Source: an uncultured Acidobacteriota bacterium (GTDB taxonomy: Bacteria > Acidobacteriota > Thermoanaerobaculia > Multivoradales > UBA5704). Taken from it: a stretch of 64,000 nt of DNA. The notes under the pieces are model-generated. The model saw only the letters and a list, made by a program, of their open reading frames with translations, was not told the origin of the DNA and did not search any database. The translations under genes and the position numbers were made by a program. The stretch spans positions 1,216,001 to 1,280,000 of the forward strand of contig OY969474.1 of assembly GCA_963700145.1 (NCBI GenBank), written 5' to 3'. Below are positions 9,080 to 17,486 of this stretch, one piece after another (the stretch's first letter is position 1; every line of letters starts with the position of its first letter).

Positions 9080-9655
9080 TCAGCCGAGCGCCAGGACGAA
9101 GTCGAAGGCGGCGGCCTTGCCGCCGGCGGCGTCCCGCACCGCCATCAGGAGACGACGATCGTAGAGCCCGTCCCGGGCGTTGCGCGGCTCGCCGGGGAAG
9201 TAGAGCTGCGTCGTCAGGACCCGGCGGTGGGGCGCCTGCACCTTGACGTGGAAGTGGCGCGTGCGGCCGGTGTAGACGCCCGGCACGATGCTCTCGAGCC
9301 TGTAGCGCCCTTGCGCGTCGGTGAACTGGTGGCCGCGGCATTTGTAACCGGCGTTGTCGTAGCGGCCCCGGTCGTCGGCGTGCCAGAAGTCAACCAGCGC
9401 GCCGGCGACCGGCTTGCAGTCCGTGGTCAGCACGGAGCCCGAGACGACGATCGGCGTTCCTGCGATCCCCGGCTCGCGGAGCGACGTGCGCTGCGGCGAG
9501 TCCGGCGTGTAGAAGGGCCCGGTCGTCTGCGCCTGCGTGAGGTCGTCGCCGTCGTCGCACGGCGGGGTCGCCGCCAGGGCCTGGCTGCCGGGCGCGAGCA
9601 CGAACGGCGCCGGCGCCAGCAAGGCGAGGAGCCGCAAGAAGAGGCGCCGGGTCAT
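9080..9655 (-). CDS. Intradiol ring-cleavage dioxygenase family protein with Tat-like signal
   Basis: MTRRLFL start overlaps the upstream stop; TTGPFY, VDFWHAD..GRY and VPGVYTGRTRHFHVKV (Tyr/His iron ligands). Confidence 0.9.
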   Translation of the reverse strand: MTRRLFLRLLALLAPAPFVLAPGSQALAATPPCDDGDDLTQAQTTGPFYTPDSPQRTSLREPGIAGTPIVVSGSVLTTDCKPVAGALVDFWHADDRGRYDNAGYKCRGHQFTDAQGRYRLESIVPGVYTGRTRHFHVKVQAPHRRVLTTQLYFPGEPRNARDGLYDRRLLMAVRDAAGGKAAAFDFVLALG

Positions 9656-10959
9656 GCTTTCGGCAGACCTCTCTCCAGCACCGCCTCCATCGCCGCGACG
9701 AAGCGGTCGATCTCTTCGAGGGTCGTGTAGACGCTCGGCGTGACGCGCAGGCCGCGGAACTCCGAGTGGACGATCGGCGTCACCAGGATGCGGTGCTTCT
9801 TCCACAGGTGATCGGCCAGCTCCTGCGGCTCGATGCCCACCGCCTCGACAGTCGCCAGGCCGCAGGCGAGGCCGGGCTTCAAGCTGGTGTGGAGGCGCGC
9901 CTTCGGATGAGCGGCGAGGCGCTTCGCCCAGCGGTCGCGCAGGTAGACCAGCCGCGCCGCCTTCCGCTCCGGGCCGATGCCGGCGTGGAAGGTGAGCGCC
10001 TCGGCGATCGCCAGGTAGGGCGCCGCCGGATGGGTGCCGATCTCCTCGAACTTGCGGATGTCGCCGTCGAGCTCGGCCGCCGCCGGCATCAAGGGCCAGA
10101 GCGCGGGGATGCGGTCGCGGCGCACCATCAGCATGCCCGTGCCGTGCGGGGCGAAGAGCCACTTGTGGAGGCTGGTCGCGTAGTAGTCGCAGCCGAGGTC
10201 GGCGTGGCGGAAGGGGAAGTGGGCGAAGGCGTGGGCGCCGTCGACGATGACCGGCAGACCGCGCCGCCGCGCCATCTCGACCACCCGCCGCACCGGCAGG
10301 ATCTGCCCGGTGAGATTGATCATGTGGCACATGAGGACGAGGCGCGTGCGCGGCGTGATGTTTCGCTCGAAGAGAGCGACGACCTCGTCGGGGTCTTCGG
10401 CCGGCACGGGAAGCGCGAACTGCCGCAGCACGACGCCGTGGCGGCGCTCGAGCTGCCGCCAGGCGGTGAGCATGCGCGGGTAGTCCTGGGTCGTCGTCAG
10501 CACCTCGTCGCCGGCCTGGAGGTCGAAGCCCAGCTGGCAGATCTCGAGCCCTTCGGAGGCGTTGCGCGTCAGCGCCACCTCCTCGGGGTCGCAGCCGAAG
10601 GCGGCGGCGAGCCGCTGCCGCACCGCCTCGCGCTGCGGCTCGAGCACCTGCCACATGGTGTAGGCCGGGGCCTCGTTCGAGTAGTCGACGTGGCGCCGCT
10701 GGGCCTCCAGCACCAGCCCCGGCGAAGGGGAGACGCCGCCGTTGTTGAGGTTGACGATGCTGCGGTCGACGCGGAACGCTTGCTGCACCTCGAACCAGAA
10801 CGCCTCGTCGGCGGCCAGCTCCTCCGGCGCGCCGGGGCGGCCGGCCACCGCGGCCAGCGCCCGCCGCGCGCCGGCGGCGTCGAGGGCCGCCAGCGCCAGG
10901 CCGGCGGCGGCCGGCCGGGCGAGTGCGGCGAAGAGCTCGCGGCGGCTGAAGGCGCTCAT
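9652..10959 (-). CDS. PLP-dependent aminotransferase class V (cysteine desulfurase / isopenicillin-N epimerase-like) with Tat signal
   Basis: SRRELF Tat motif; NLNNGG, TRNASEG, VDGAH and ATSLHKW (PLP lysine); GGAGGT SD. Confidence 0.92.
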   Translation of the reverse strand: MSAFSRRELFAALARPAAAGLALAALDAAGARRALAAVAGRPGAPEELAADEAFWFEVQQAFRVDRSIVNLNNGGVSPSPGLVLEAQRRHVDYSNEAPAYTMWQVLEPQREAVRQRLAAAFGCDPEEVALTRNASEGLEICQLGFDLQAGDEVLTTTQDYPRMLTAWRQLERRHGVVLRQFALPVPAEDPDEVVALFERNITPRTRLVLMCHMINLTGQILPVRRVVEMARRRGLPVIVDGAHAFAHFPFRHADLGCDYYATSLHKWLFAPHGTGMLMVRRDRIPALWPLMPAAAELDGDIRKFEEIGTHPAAPYLAIAEALTFHAGIGPERKAARLVYLRDRWAKRLAAHPKARLHTSLKPGLACGLATVEAVGIEPQELADHLWKKHRILVTPIVHSEFRGLRVTPSVYTTLEEIDRFVAAMEAVLERGLPKA

Positions 10960-11066
10960 GAAGGGACCTCCGGAGATGTCAAGTGATCCTAGCGCAGAGT
11001 CACGGCACGCCAAGTGCGGAAGCTTGCCGGGGAGTACGCTAGCGCCGCTCGCCCGGAGCTGCCTGC

Positions 11067-12392
11067 ATGGACCGCTGCCGCACCATCGTCTGGACCCTCG
11101 CCGTACTGCTGGCAGGGGCCATCGCGCCGGCGCCCGGGCGGAGCCAAGCCGGCGGCCCGCCCCCCTCGGTCGTCATCGCCGCCGCCGGCGACATCGCCTG
11201 CGACCCGGGCGACGCCAACTACAACGGCGGCGCCGGCACCGCCACGGCCTGCCGCATGGCGGCCACCTCCGACCTGCTGCTGTCGCTCGCTCCCGACGCG
11301 GTCCTCACGCTCGGCGACAACCAGTACGAGAACGGCACGCTCGCCAAGTACCAGGCCTCGTACGATCCGAGCTGGGGGCGCCTGAAAGCGATCACCCTTC
11401 CGGTCCCCGGCAACCACGAGTACCTGACCGCCGGCGCCGCCGGTTACTTCGCCTACTTCGGCGCCGCCGCCGGCACCGCCGGCCAGGGCTGGTACAGCGT
11501 CGACCGCGGCGGCTGGCACCTCGTCGCGCTCAACTCCAACTGCGCCGCCGTCGGCGGCTGCGACGCCGCCTCGCCGCAGGGGCAGTGGCTGGCGGCCGAC
11601 CTCGCCGCCCACCCGGACGTCTGCACGCTCGCCTTCTGGCACCACCCGCGGTTCTCCTCCGGCCCGCACGGCAACGACGCCACCACGCAGCCCTTCTGGG
11701 ACGCCCTCTGGGCGGCCGGTGCGGACGTCGTCTTGAACGGCCACGACCACATCTACGAGCGCTTCGCGCCGCAGCGGCCGGCCGGCGTCGCCGACCCGGC
11801 CGGGCCGCGGCAGCTCACCGTCGGCACCGGCGGCAAGAACCTGACCGGCGTCGTCGCCGTGCAGCCGAACAGCGTGGCGCGCCACGCCGCGAGCTTCGGC
11901 GTCCTCGAGCTCACTCTCTACGGCAACGGCTACGAGTGGCGCTTCGCGCCGCTCGCGGGCTCGACCTTCCACGACGCCGGCGCCGCCTTCTGCCACAGCG
12001 CGCCGGCGCCGCCCCCGGCCGACTTCTACACCCTGCCGCCCTGCCGGCTGGCCGACACCCGCCGCCCCGCCGGGCCGAGCGGGGGGCCGGCCCTCGCCGC
12101 CGGCGCGATGCGCGCCTTCCCCGCCGCCGGCGCCTGCGGTGTCCCGGCCGACGCCCTGGCGGTGGCGGCGAACTTGACCGTCGTCGCGCCGAGCGGCGGC
12201 GGTCACCTCACCGCGTTCGCCTGGGGCGCGCCGGTGCCGGGAACCAGCACGCTCAGCTTCAACGCCGGGAAGGTCCGCGCCAACAACGCGATCGTCGGCC
12301 TCGGCGTCGGCGGCAAGCTGGCGGTGGCCGCCTCCCTGCCGCCGAGCGGCTCTACCCACCTGGTCGTCGACCTCTTCGGCTACTTCCGCTAG
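11067..12392 (+). CDS. Secreted calcineurin-like metallophosphoesterase with C-terminal PCRLxDTR module
   Basis: AAGDIA, LGDNQY, PGNHEY, WHHP and NGHDHIYER motifs; C-terminus FYTLPPCRLADTR...HLVVDLFGYFR. Confidence 0.9.
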   Translation: MDRCRTIVWTLAVLLAGAIAPAPGRSQAGGPPPSVVIAAAGDIACDPGDANYNGGAGTATACRMAATSDLLLSLAPDAVLTLGDNQYENGTLAKYQASYDPSWGRLKAITLPVPGNHEYLTAGAAGYFAYFGAAAGTAGQGWYSVDRGGWHLVALNSNCAAVGGCDAASPQGQWLAADLAAHPDVCTLAFWHHPRFSSGPHGNDATTQPFWDALWAAGADVVLNGHDHIYERFAPQRPAGVADPAGPRQLTVGTGGKNLTGVVAVQPNSVARHAASFGVLELTLYGNGYEWRFAPLAGSTFHDAGAAFCHSAPAPPPADFYTLPPCRLADTRRPAGPSGGPALAAGAMRAFPAAGACGVPADALAVAANLTVVAPSGGGHLTAFAWGAPVPGTSTLSFNAGKVRANNAIVGLGVGGKLAVAASLPPSGSTHLVVDLFGYFR

Positions 12393-12403
12393 CGGACCAC
12401 TTT

Positions 12404-12431
12404 GCGGAGCCCGGAGAATGGGCTCCGCTAC
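12404..12431 (-). repeat. Single GTAG-type REP-like palindrome
   Basis: Reverse strand reads GTAG-CGGAGCCC-ATTCTCC-GGGCTCCG, just downstream of the phosphoesterase stop. Confidence 0.55.
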
Positions 12432-12525
12432 CCGCAGGGTCGCCGGCCGGAGCCGGCGGTTGATCCGCGGGTTCGAGCGCAGGAATCGGATGGCGGGGCG
12501 CCCGCGGCTGGCGTAGCCTGGCGCC

Positions 12526-13578
12526 ATGTTGGAGCACGCGACGATCGACCCCGAAACCGCCTGGACGGCCGTCCTCGCCCGCGACGCGGGGCGCGACGGG
12601 AGCTTCGTCTACGCCGTTGCCTCGACCGGGATCTACTGCCGCCCTTCGTGCCCGTCGCGGCGGCCGCGGCGGCCGCAGGTCGCCTTCTTCCCGACGCCAG
12701 ACGCCGCCGAGGGCGCCGGCTACCGCGCCTGCCGCCGCTGCCGGCCGCGCGAGGCTGCGGCCGGCGCCGCCGCGGTGGCGCGCGCCTGCGCCTGGATCGA
12801 CGCCCATCCCGACGAGCCGGTGTCTCTCGCCGAGCTGGCGCGCGCCGTGGGGCTCTCGCCGGCGCACCTGCAGCGCACTTTCCGCCGGGCGACCGGCGTC
12901 ACCCCGAAGCAGTACGCCGACGCGCGCCGCCTGGCGCGTCTCAAGGACCGACTCCAGAAAGGAGACGACGTGACCACCGCCCTCTACGACGCCGGCTACG
13001 GCTCGAGCAGCCGCCTCTACGAGCGCTCCGACGCGCGCCTCGGCATGACCCCCGCCACCTACCGCCGCGGCGGCCGCGGCATGCGCATCCGTTTCGCCTG
13101 CGCCGACTCGCCGGCCGGGCGCCTCCTCGTCGCCGCCACCGAGCGCGGCCTCTGTGCCGTGCAGCTCGGGGAGGACGACGACGCCCTCGAAGCGGCGCTG
13201 CGCCGCGAGTTCCCGGAGGCCGAGATCGCCGCCGACGCCGCCGGGCTCGGCGCCCTGGTCGCCGCGGTTTTGGCGCGCCTCGACGCCGGCCCCTCACCCG
13301 CCCTGCCGCTCGACGTCCGCGCCACCGCCTTCGAGCAGCGCGTCTGGGCGGCGCTCCAGGAGATCCCGCCCGGCACGACCCGCACCTACGGCGAGGTGGC
13401 CGCGTCCCTCGGCCGCCCGGGCGCCGCCCGCGCCGTGGCCCGCGCCTGCGCCGCCAACCCGGTGGCCCTGGTGGTGCCCTGCCACCGCGTGGTGCGCGGC
13501 GACGGCGGCCTCGGCGGCTACCGCTGGGGGGAGGAGCGGAAGCGGCGTCTCCTGGCGCGCGAGCGGCGGGCGTTGTAG
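12526..13578 (+). CDS. ada: Bifunctional transcriptional activator / O6-methylguanine-DNA methyltransferase Ada
   Basis: STGIYCRPSC and YRACRRC Zn site, AraC HTH, VPCHRVV active site. Confidence 0.96.
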   Translation: MLEHATIDPETAWTAVLARDAGRDGSFVYAVASTGIYCRPSCPSRRPRRPQVAFFPTPDAAEGAGYRACRRCRPREAAAGAAAVARACAWIDAHPDEPVSLAELARAVGLSPAHLQRTFRRATGVTPKQYADARRLARLKDRLQKGDDVTTALYDAGYGSSSRLYERSDARLGMTPATYRRGGRGMRIRFACADSPAGRLLVAATERGLCAVQLGEDDDALEAALRREFPEAEIAADAAGLGALVAAVLARLDAGPSPALPLDVRATAFEQRVWAALQEIPPGTTRTYGEVAASLGRPGAARAVARACAANPVALVVPCHRVVRGDGGLGGYRWGEERKRRLLARERRAL

Positions 13579-13691
13579 GACGGGCACCGACGGCGGCTCG
13601 GCGGACTTACCGACAGCGATCTCCGCCCTCCGCCGATGAGCGAGGCACCGGTGCGCACCTACAGTGCGGTCAGCCAAGAGGAGACCAAGCC

Positions 13692-14708
13692 ATGATGACC
13701 GCGCAAGCCGCCACCGTTGCCCGCCTGCCGAACCCAGCGCCGCCAGCACCGCTCGCCGCCGCGCGCGGCAGCAGCGTCGAGGTGAGCCTCTTCGAGGGGC
13801 CGCCCATCTGCGGCTCGGTCGGCCTCTTCAACCCGCGCTCCCCGCAGTTCCTGATCCACCGCAACGGCACCGACATACGGGCGCGGCAGGTGGTGCCCTT
13901 CGAGCGCGTGCGGCACGTCGCCTTCCTGGGGAACCCGCCGCCCGACGGCATGACGATCTCCGCCGCCTACCGCGTGGTGCGGCTCCGCCTGCTGGATGGC
14001 ACGGAGGTCGAGGGCCTCTCCCATAGCTGGGGCGGGCTGCGCCAGGGGATCTTCCTCCGTCCGATCGGCCGGCGCGGGGTCGAGCGCCTCTACGTGCCGG
14101 CTTCCGCCGTCAGCGAGGTGGCCGCGGTCCAGGACCTCGGCACGCTCCTCGGCGGCCGCAAGTTCGCGACGATGGAGATGGTGGAGGCGGCGCTCGCCGA
14201 GCAGCGGGCGCTCGCCGCGGCGCGGCCAAGGCCTGTGCCGGCGCCGCCGCCGGCGAAGGCCGGCTCGGCGCGCACCGCCGTCCGCCTCGGCGAGATCCTG
14301 GTCTCGCAGGGCGCCATCACGCTGCAGGAGCTCGGGCACGCGCTCGCGGCGCAGGCCGGCCGCGCCGGCCGGCGGCTCGGCGAGCTGCTCGTCGAGCTGG
14401 GGATCGCCAGCCACAAGATGGTGGCGATCGGCCTCGCGGCGCAGCACGGCATCCCCTACCTCACCCTGCGCGGCCATCCGGTCGATCCGGCCCTGCGCAA
14501 CGTTCTCCCCGCCGAGCTGGCGCGCCGCTACCAGGCGATGCCGGTGCAGCACGCGGCGGGGCAGCTCACCGTGGCGGTCGCCGATCCGGGCGAGCCGGCC
14601 TTCGCGGCCGCCCTGCGCGCCGCCACCGGTCTCGCCATCACCCCGGCGGTGGCAACGCCGCAGGACATCGCGGGCGCCATCCGCGAGCTCTACGGAGCGG
14701 CCCAATGA
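13692..14708 (+). CDS. Stand-alone MshEN (GspE/PilB N-terminal) domain protein, putative c-di-GMP receptor
   Basis: ATG at 13692 after AGGAG; RLGEILVSQGAITLQELGHALAAQ and RLGELLVELGIA motifs, then a T2SSE_N-like fold; stops with no ATPase domain. Confidence 0.8.
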   Translation: MMTAQAATVARLPNPAPPAPLAAARGSSVEVSLFEGPPICGSVGLFNPRSPQFLIHRNGTDIRARQVVPFERVRHVAFLGNPPPDGMTISAAYRVVRLRLLDGTEVEGLSHSWGGLRQGIFLRPIGRRGVERLYVPASAVSEVAAVQDLGTLLGGRKFATMEMVEAALAEQRALAAARPRPVPAPPPAKAGSARTAVRLGEILVSQGAITLQELGHALAAQAGRAGRRLGELLVELGIASHKMVAIGLAAQHGIPYLTLRGHPVDPALRNVLPAELARRYQAMPVQHAAGQLTVAVADPGEPAFAAALRAATGLAITPAVATPQDIAGAIRELYGAAQ

Positions 14709-14717
14709 GCGCCCCGG

Positions 14718-15485
14718 TCATGCCGCCCCGGCGAACAGGCGGAAGAAGTTGGCGGTCGTGCGGGACGCCACCGCCGCGGGCGTCTCGCCGGTCTCCCGCG
14801 CCAGCCGCTCGGCCACCTCCGCGACGTACTCCGGGCGGTTGGGCCGGCCGCGGTAGGGCACCGGCGCGAGGTAGGGCGTGTCGGTCTCGACGAGGACGCG
14901 GTCGGCCGGGACGAGCGGGATCAGCTCGCGCACGTTCGCCGCCTTGGGGAAGGTGATCATCCCGGAGAACCCGAAGTAAAAACCACGCACCACCAGCTCT
15001 TCGGCCATCGCGGGGCCGCCGGCGAAGGAGTGGAAGTCGGCGGCCAGCCCGGCGAAGGCCGGGTCGCGCACCAGCTCCAGCATCGCGGCGTCGCTCTCCC
15101 GGTTGTGGACGACGACCGGCAGCCCGAGCCCGAGCGCCAGCTCCCACTGCGCGCGCAGCACCCGCTCCTGGACGTCGCGCGGCGCGTGGTCGTAGTGGAA
15201 GTCGAGCCCGCACTCCCCCACCGCCACCGCGCGCGGGTCGGCGAGCAGGCCGGCGAGCCGCCGCTCGTCGCCGTCGCGCCAGCCGGACGCCTCGTGCGGG
15301 TGGACACCTAGCGCGCACCAGACGTCCGGGTGGCGGTGGCAGAAGGCGAGCAGGTCCTCGGCCTCGTCGAGGCGCGTCGCCGGCACCAGGAAGCCGCCGA
15401 CCCCGCGCTCCCGTGCCGCGTCGAGCGCCGACTCGCGCTCGTCGGGCGGCAAGGACTGCAGGTGGCAGTGCGAGTCGACGAGCAT
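14718..15485 (-). CDS. tatD: TatD family metal-dependent hydrolase/DNase
   Basis: DSHCHL, GVHPH, VGECGLD, HNRE and VETDTPYL motifs; downstream of metG. Confidence 0.93.
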   Translation of the reverse strand: MLVDSHCHLQSLPPDERESALDAARERGVGGFLVPATRLDEAEDLLAFCHRHPDVWCALGVHPHEASGWRDGDERRLAGLLADPRAVAVGECGLDFHYDHAPRDVQERVLRAQWELALGLGLPVVVHNRESDAAMLELVRDPAFAGLAADFHSFAGGPAMAEELVVRGFYFGFSGMITFPKAANVRELIPLVPADRVLVETDTPYLAPVPYRGRPNRPEYVAEVAERLARETGETPAAVASRTTANFFRLFAGAA

Positions 15486-15496
15486 CCAGCCGGGCG

Positions 15497-17419
15497 CTAC
15501 TTCACCCGCGTCCCGTTCGGCACCGGCGCCGCCGGGTGGAGCAGGACCGGCGTGCCGCCGTCGGAGGCGGCGAGCACCATCCCCTGCGACTCCACCCCCA
15601 TGAGCTTCGCCGGCTGCAGGTTGGCGACGAGCACGACCTGCTTGCCCACCAGCTCCTCGGGCGTGTACTGCTTGCCGATGCCGGCGACGACGGTGCGCGG
15701 CTCCTCGCCGAGGTCGACCGCCAGCTTGATCAGCTTGTCCGACTTCGGCACCCGCTCGGCGGCGGTGACGGTCCCCACCTTCAGCTCGACGTCGGCGAAC
15801 TGGTCGATCGTGATCATGCGCCGCTCCTCGCGGGGTTTCTCGTTGGCCTCAGGGGCCGTGGGCGCCGCGCCCTCGGCGAAGTACGCCGCCTTGTCGATGC
15901 GCGGGAAGAGCGGCTGCGGCTCCGGCAGCGGCGCACCGGTGGGTGTCCCGCCCCACGCCAGGGCGTCGAGCCGCGCTGGCGGCGCCGCCGTGCCGACGCC
16001 CGCCAGCACCCGCGGCGCGGTCTCGGGCATGAACGGCAGGAGGCCCGTCGCCACGATGCGCGTCGCCTCGAGGCCGTTCCAGAGGACGCGCGACAGGCGC
16101 TCGCTCCCCGGCTCGCTCTTGACCAGCTTCCAGGGCTCGCGCTCGACGATGTACTGGTTGGCCTCGGCGAGGAGGCGCCAGAGGGCTTCGAGCGCGCGCT
16201 GGAAGGCCAGCTCCTCCATCGCCGTGCGGTAGTCGGCCGCGGCGCGGGCGGCGGCGGCGATCAGGGGGTTGTCGTCGCAGGGCGTCGGCGGAGTCTTGCC
16301 GTCGAAGGCGCGGCGCGACAGCGTCACCACGCGGCTCACCGTGTTCCCCAGGTCGTTCGCCAGGTCGCTGTTGTAGCGGTCCACGAACGCCTCGTCGGAG
16401 AAGCTCGCGTCCTGGCCGAAGACCATCTCGCGCAGCAGGAAGTAGCGCAGCGGATCGACCCCGAAGCGCGCCACCAGCTCGTTCGGGCGCACGACGTTGC
16501 CCGAGGACTTCGAGACCTTGCGCCCGTGGAGCTGCCACCAGCCGTGCGCCCAGACCGTCGTCGGCGGCGGCAGGCCGGCCGAGAGCAGGAAGGCCGGCCA
16601 GTAGACGGCGTGGAAGCGCAGGATGTCCTTGCCCACCAGGTTGAGGCGGGTGTCGGCCCCCTCCCAGTAGCGGCGGTAGCGCTCGGCCTCGGCGCCGTCG
16701 CGCCCGAAGCCCAGGGCCGTGACGTAGTTGGAAAGCGCGTCGAGCCAGACGTAGACGGTGTGCCCCGGCCGGCCGGGGAAGGGGATCCCCCACTCGAGAC
16801 CGGTGCGCGACACCGACAGGTCGCGCAGCCCGGACTCGACGAAAGCGCGCACCTCGTTGCGCCGCGCCGGCGGGAGGACCGCCTCGGGGTGCGCGTCGTA
16901 CCAGTCGAGGAGCGGCTGCTGGTACTTGGAAAGCCGGAAGAAGACGTTCTCCTCCGACTTCCACTCGACCGGCGTCTCGTGCACCGGGCAGCGGTTGCCG
17001 GGGAGCAGCTCCTTCTCGGTGTAGAAAGTCTCGCAGGGGACGCAGTACCAGCCCGCGTGCGCGGCGGTGTAGAGATCGCCGGCGGCGTCGAGGCGCCGCA
17101 CCAGCTCCTCGACGCCGATGCGATGGCGCTCTTCGGTCGTGCGGATGAAGTCGTCGTGGCTGATGCCGTACTCGCGCCAGAGCCGCTGCACGTGCTCGGC
17201 CACCCAGTCGGCCTGCGCCTGCGGCGCGATCCCCTTCTCGCGCGCCGCGCGCTCGATCTTCTGGCCGTGCTCGTCGGTGCCGGTGAGGAAGAAGACGTCG
17301 TCGCCGGCCAGCCGGCGGTAGCGCGCCAGGGTGTCGGCCACCAGCGTCGTGTAGATGTGGCCGATGTGCGGCAGGTCGTTGACGTAGTAGATCGGGGTGG
17401 TGAGGTAGTAGACGGACAT
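15497..17419 (-). CDS. metG: Methionyl-tRNA synthetase with C-terminal tRNA-binding domain
   Basis: YLTTPIYYVNDLPHIGH (HIGH), TGTDEHGQKI, YVWLDAL, GKDILRFH, KVSKS; C-terminal ANLQPAKLMGVESQGM. Confidence 0.97.
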   Translation of the reverse strand: MSVYYLTTPIYYVNDLPHIGHIYTTLVADTLARYRRLAGDDVFFLTGTDEHGQKIERAAREKGIAPQAQADWVAEHVQRLWREYGISHDDFIRTTEERHRIGVEELVRRLDAAGDLYTAAHAGWYCVPCETFYTEKELLPGNRCPVHETPVEWKSEENVFFRLSKYQQPLLDWYDAHPEAVLPPARRNEVRAFVESGLRDLSVSRTGLEWGIPFPGRPGHTVYVWLDALSNYVTALGFGRDGAEAERYRRYWEGADTRLNLVGKDILRFHAVYWPAFLLSAGLPPPTTVWAHGWWQLHGRKVSKSSGNVVRPNELVARFGVDPLRYFLLREMVFGQDASFSDEAFVDRYNSDLANDLGNTVSRVVTLSRRAFDGKTPPTPCDDNPLIAAAARAAADYRTAMEELAFQRALEALWRLLAEANQYIVEREPWKLVKSEPGSERLSRVLWNGLEATRIVATGLLPFMPETAPRVLAGVGTAAPPARLDALAWGGTPTGAPLPEPQPLFPRIDKAAYFAEGAAPTAPEANEKPREERRMITIDQFADVELKVGTVTAAERVPKSDKLIKLAVDLGEEPRTVVAGIGKQYTPEELVGKQVVLVANLQPAKLMGVESQGMVLAASDGGTPVLLHPAAPVPNGTRVK

Positions 17420-17486
17420 GGCGCGCGCCCCCGGCGCGGGAGGACGGCAGATTCTAACAGCGACCTGACATACACTCCGCGCGCTC

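Noticed and set aside
12402-13691. N-terminal 430 aa of the 768-aa ORF 12402-14708
   Set aside because: Off-frame overlap with ada; the real gene starts at 13692 after an SD.
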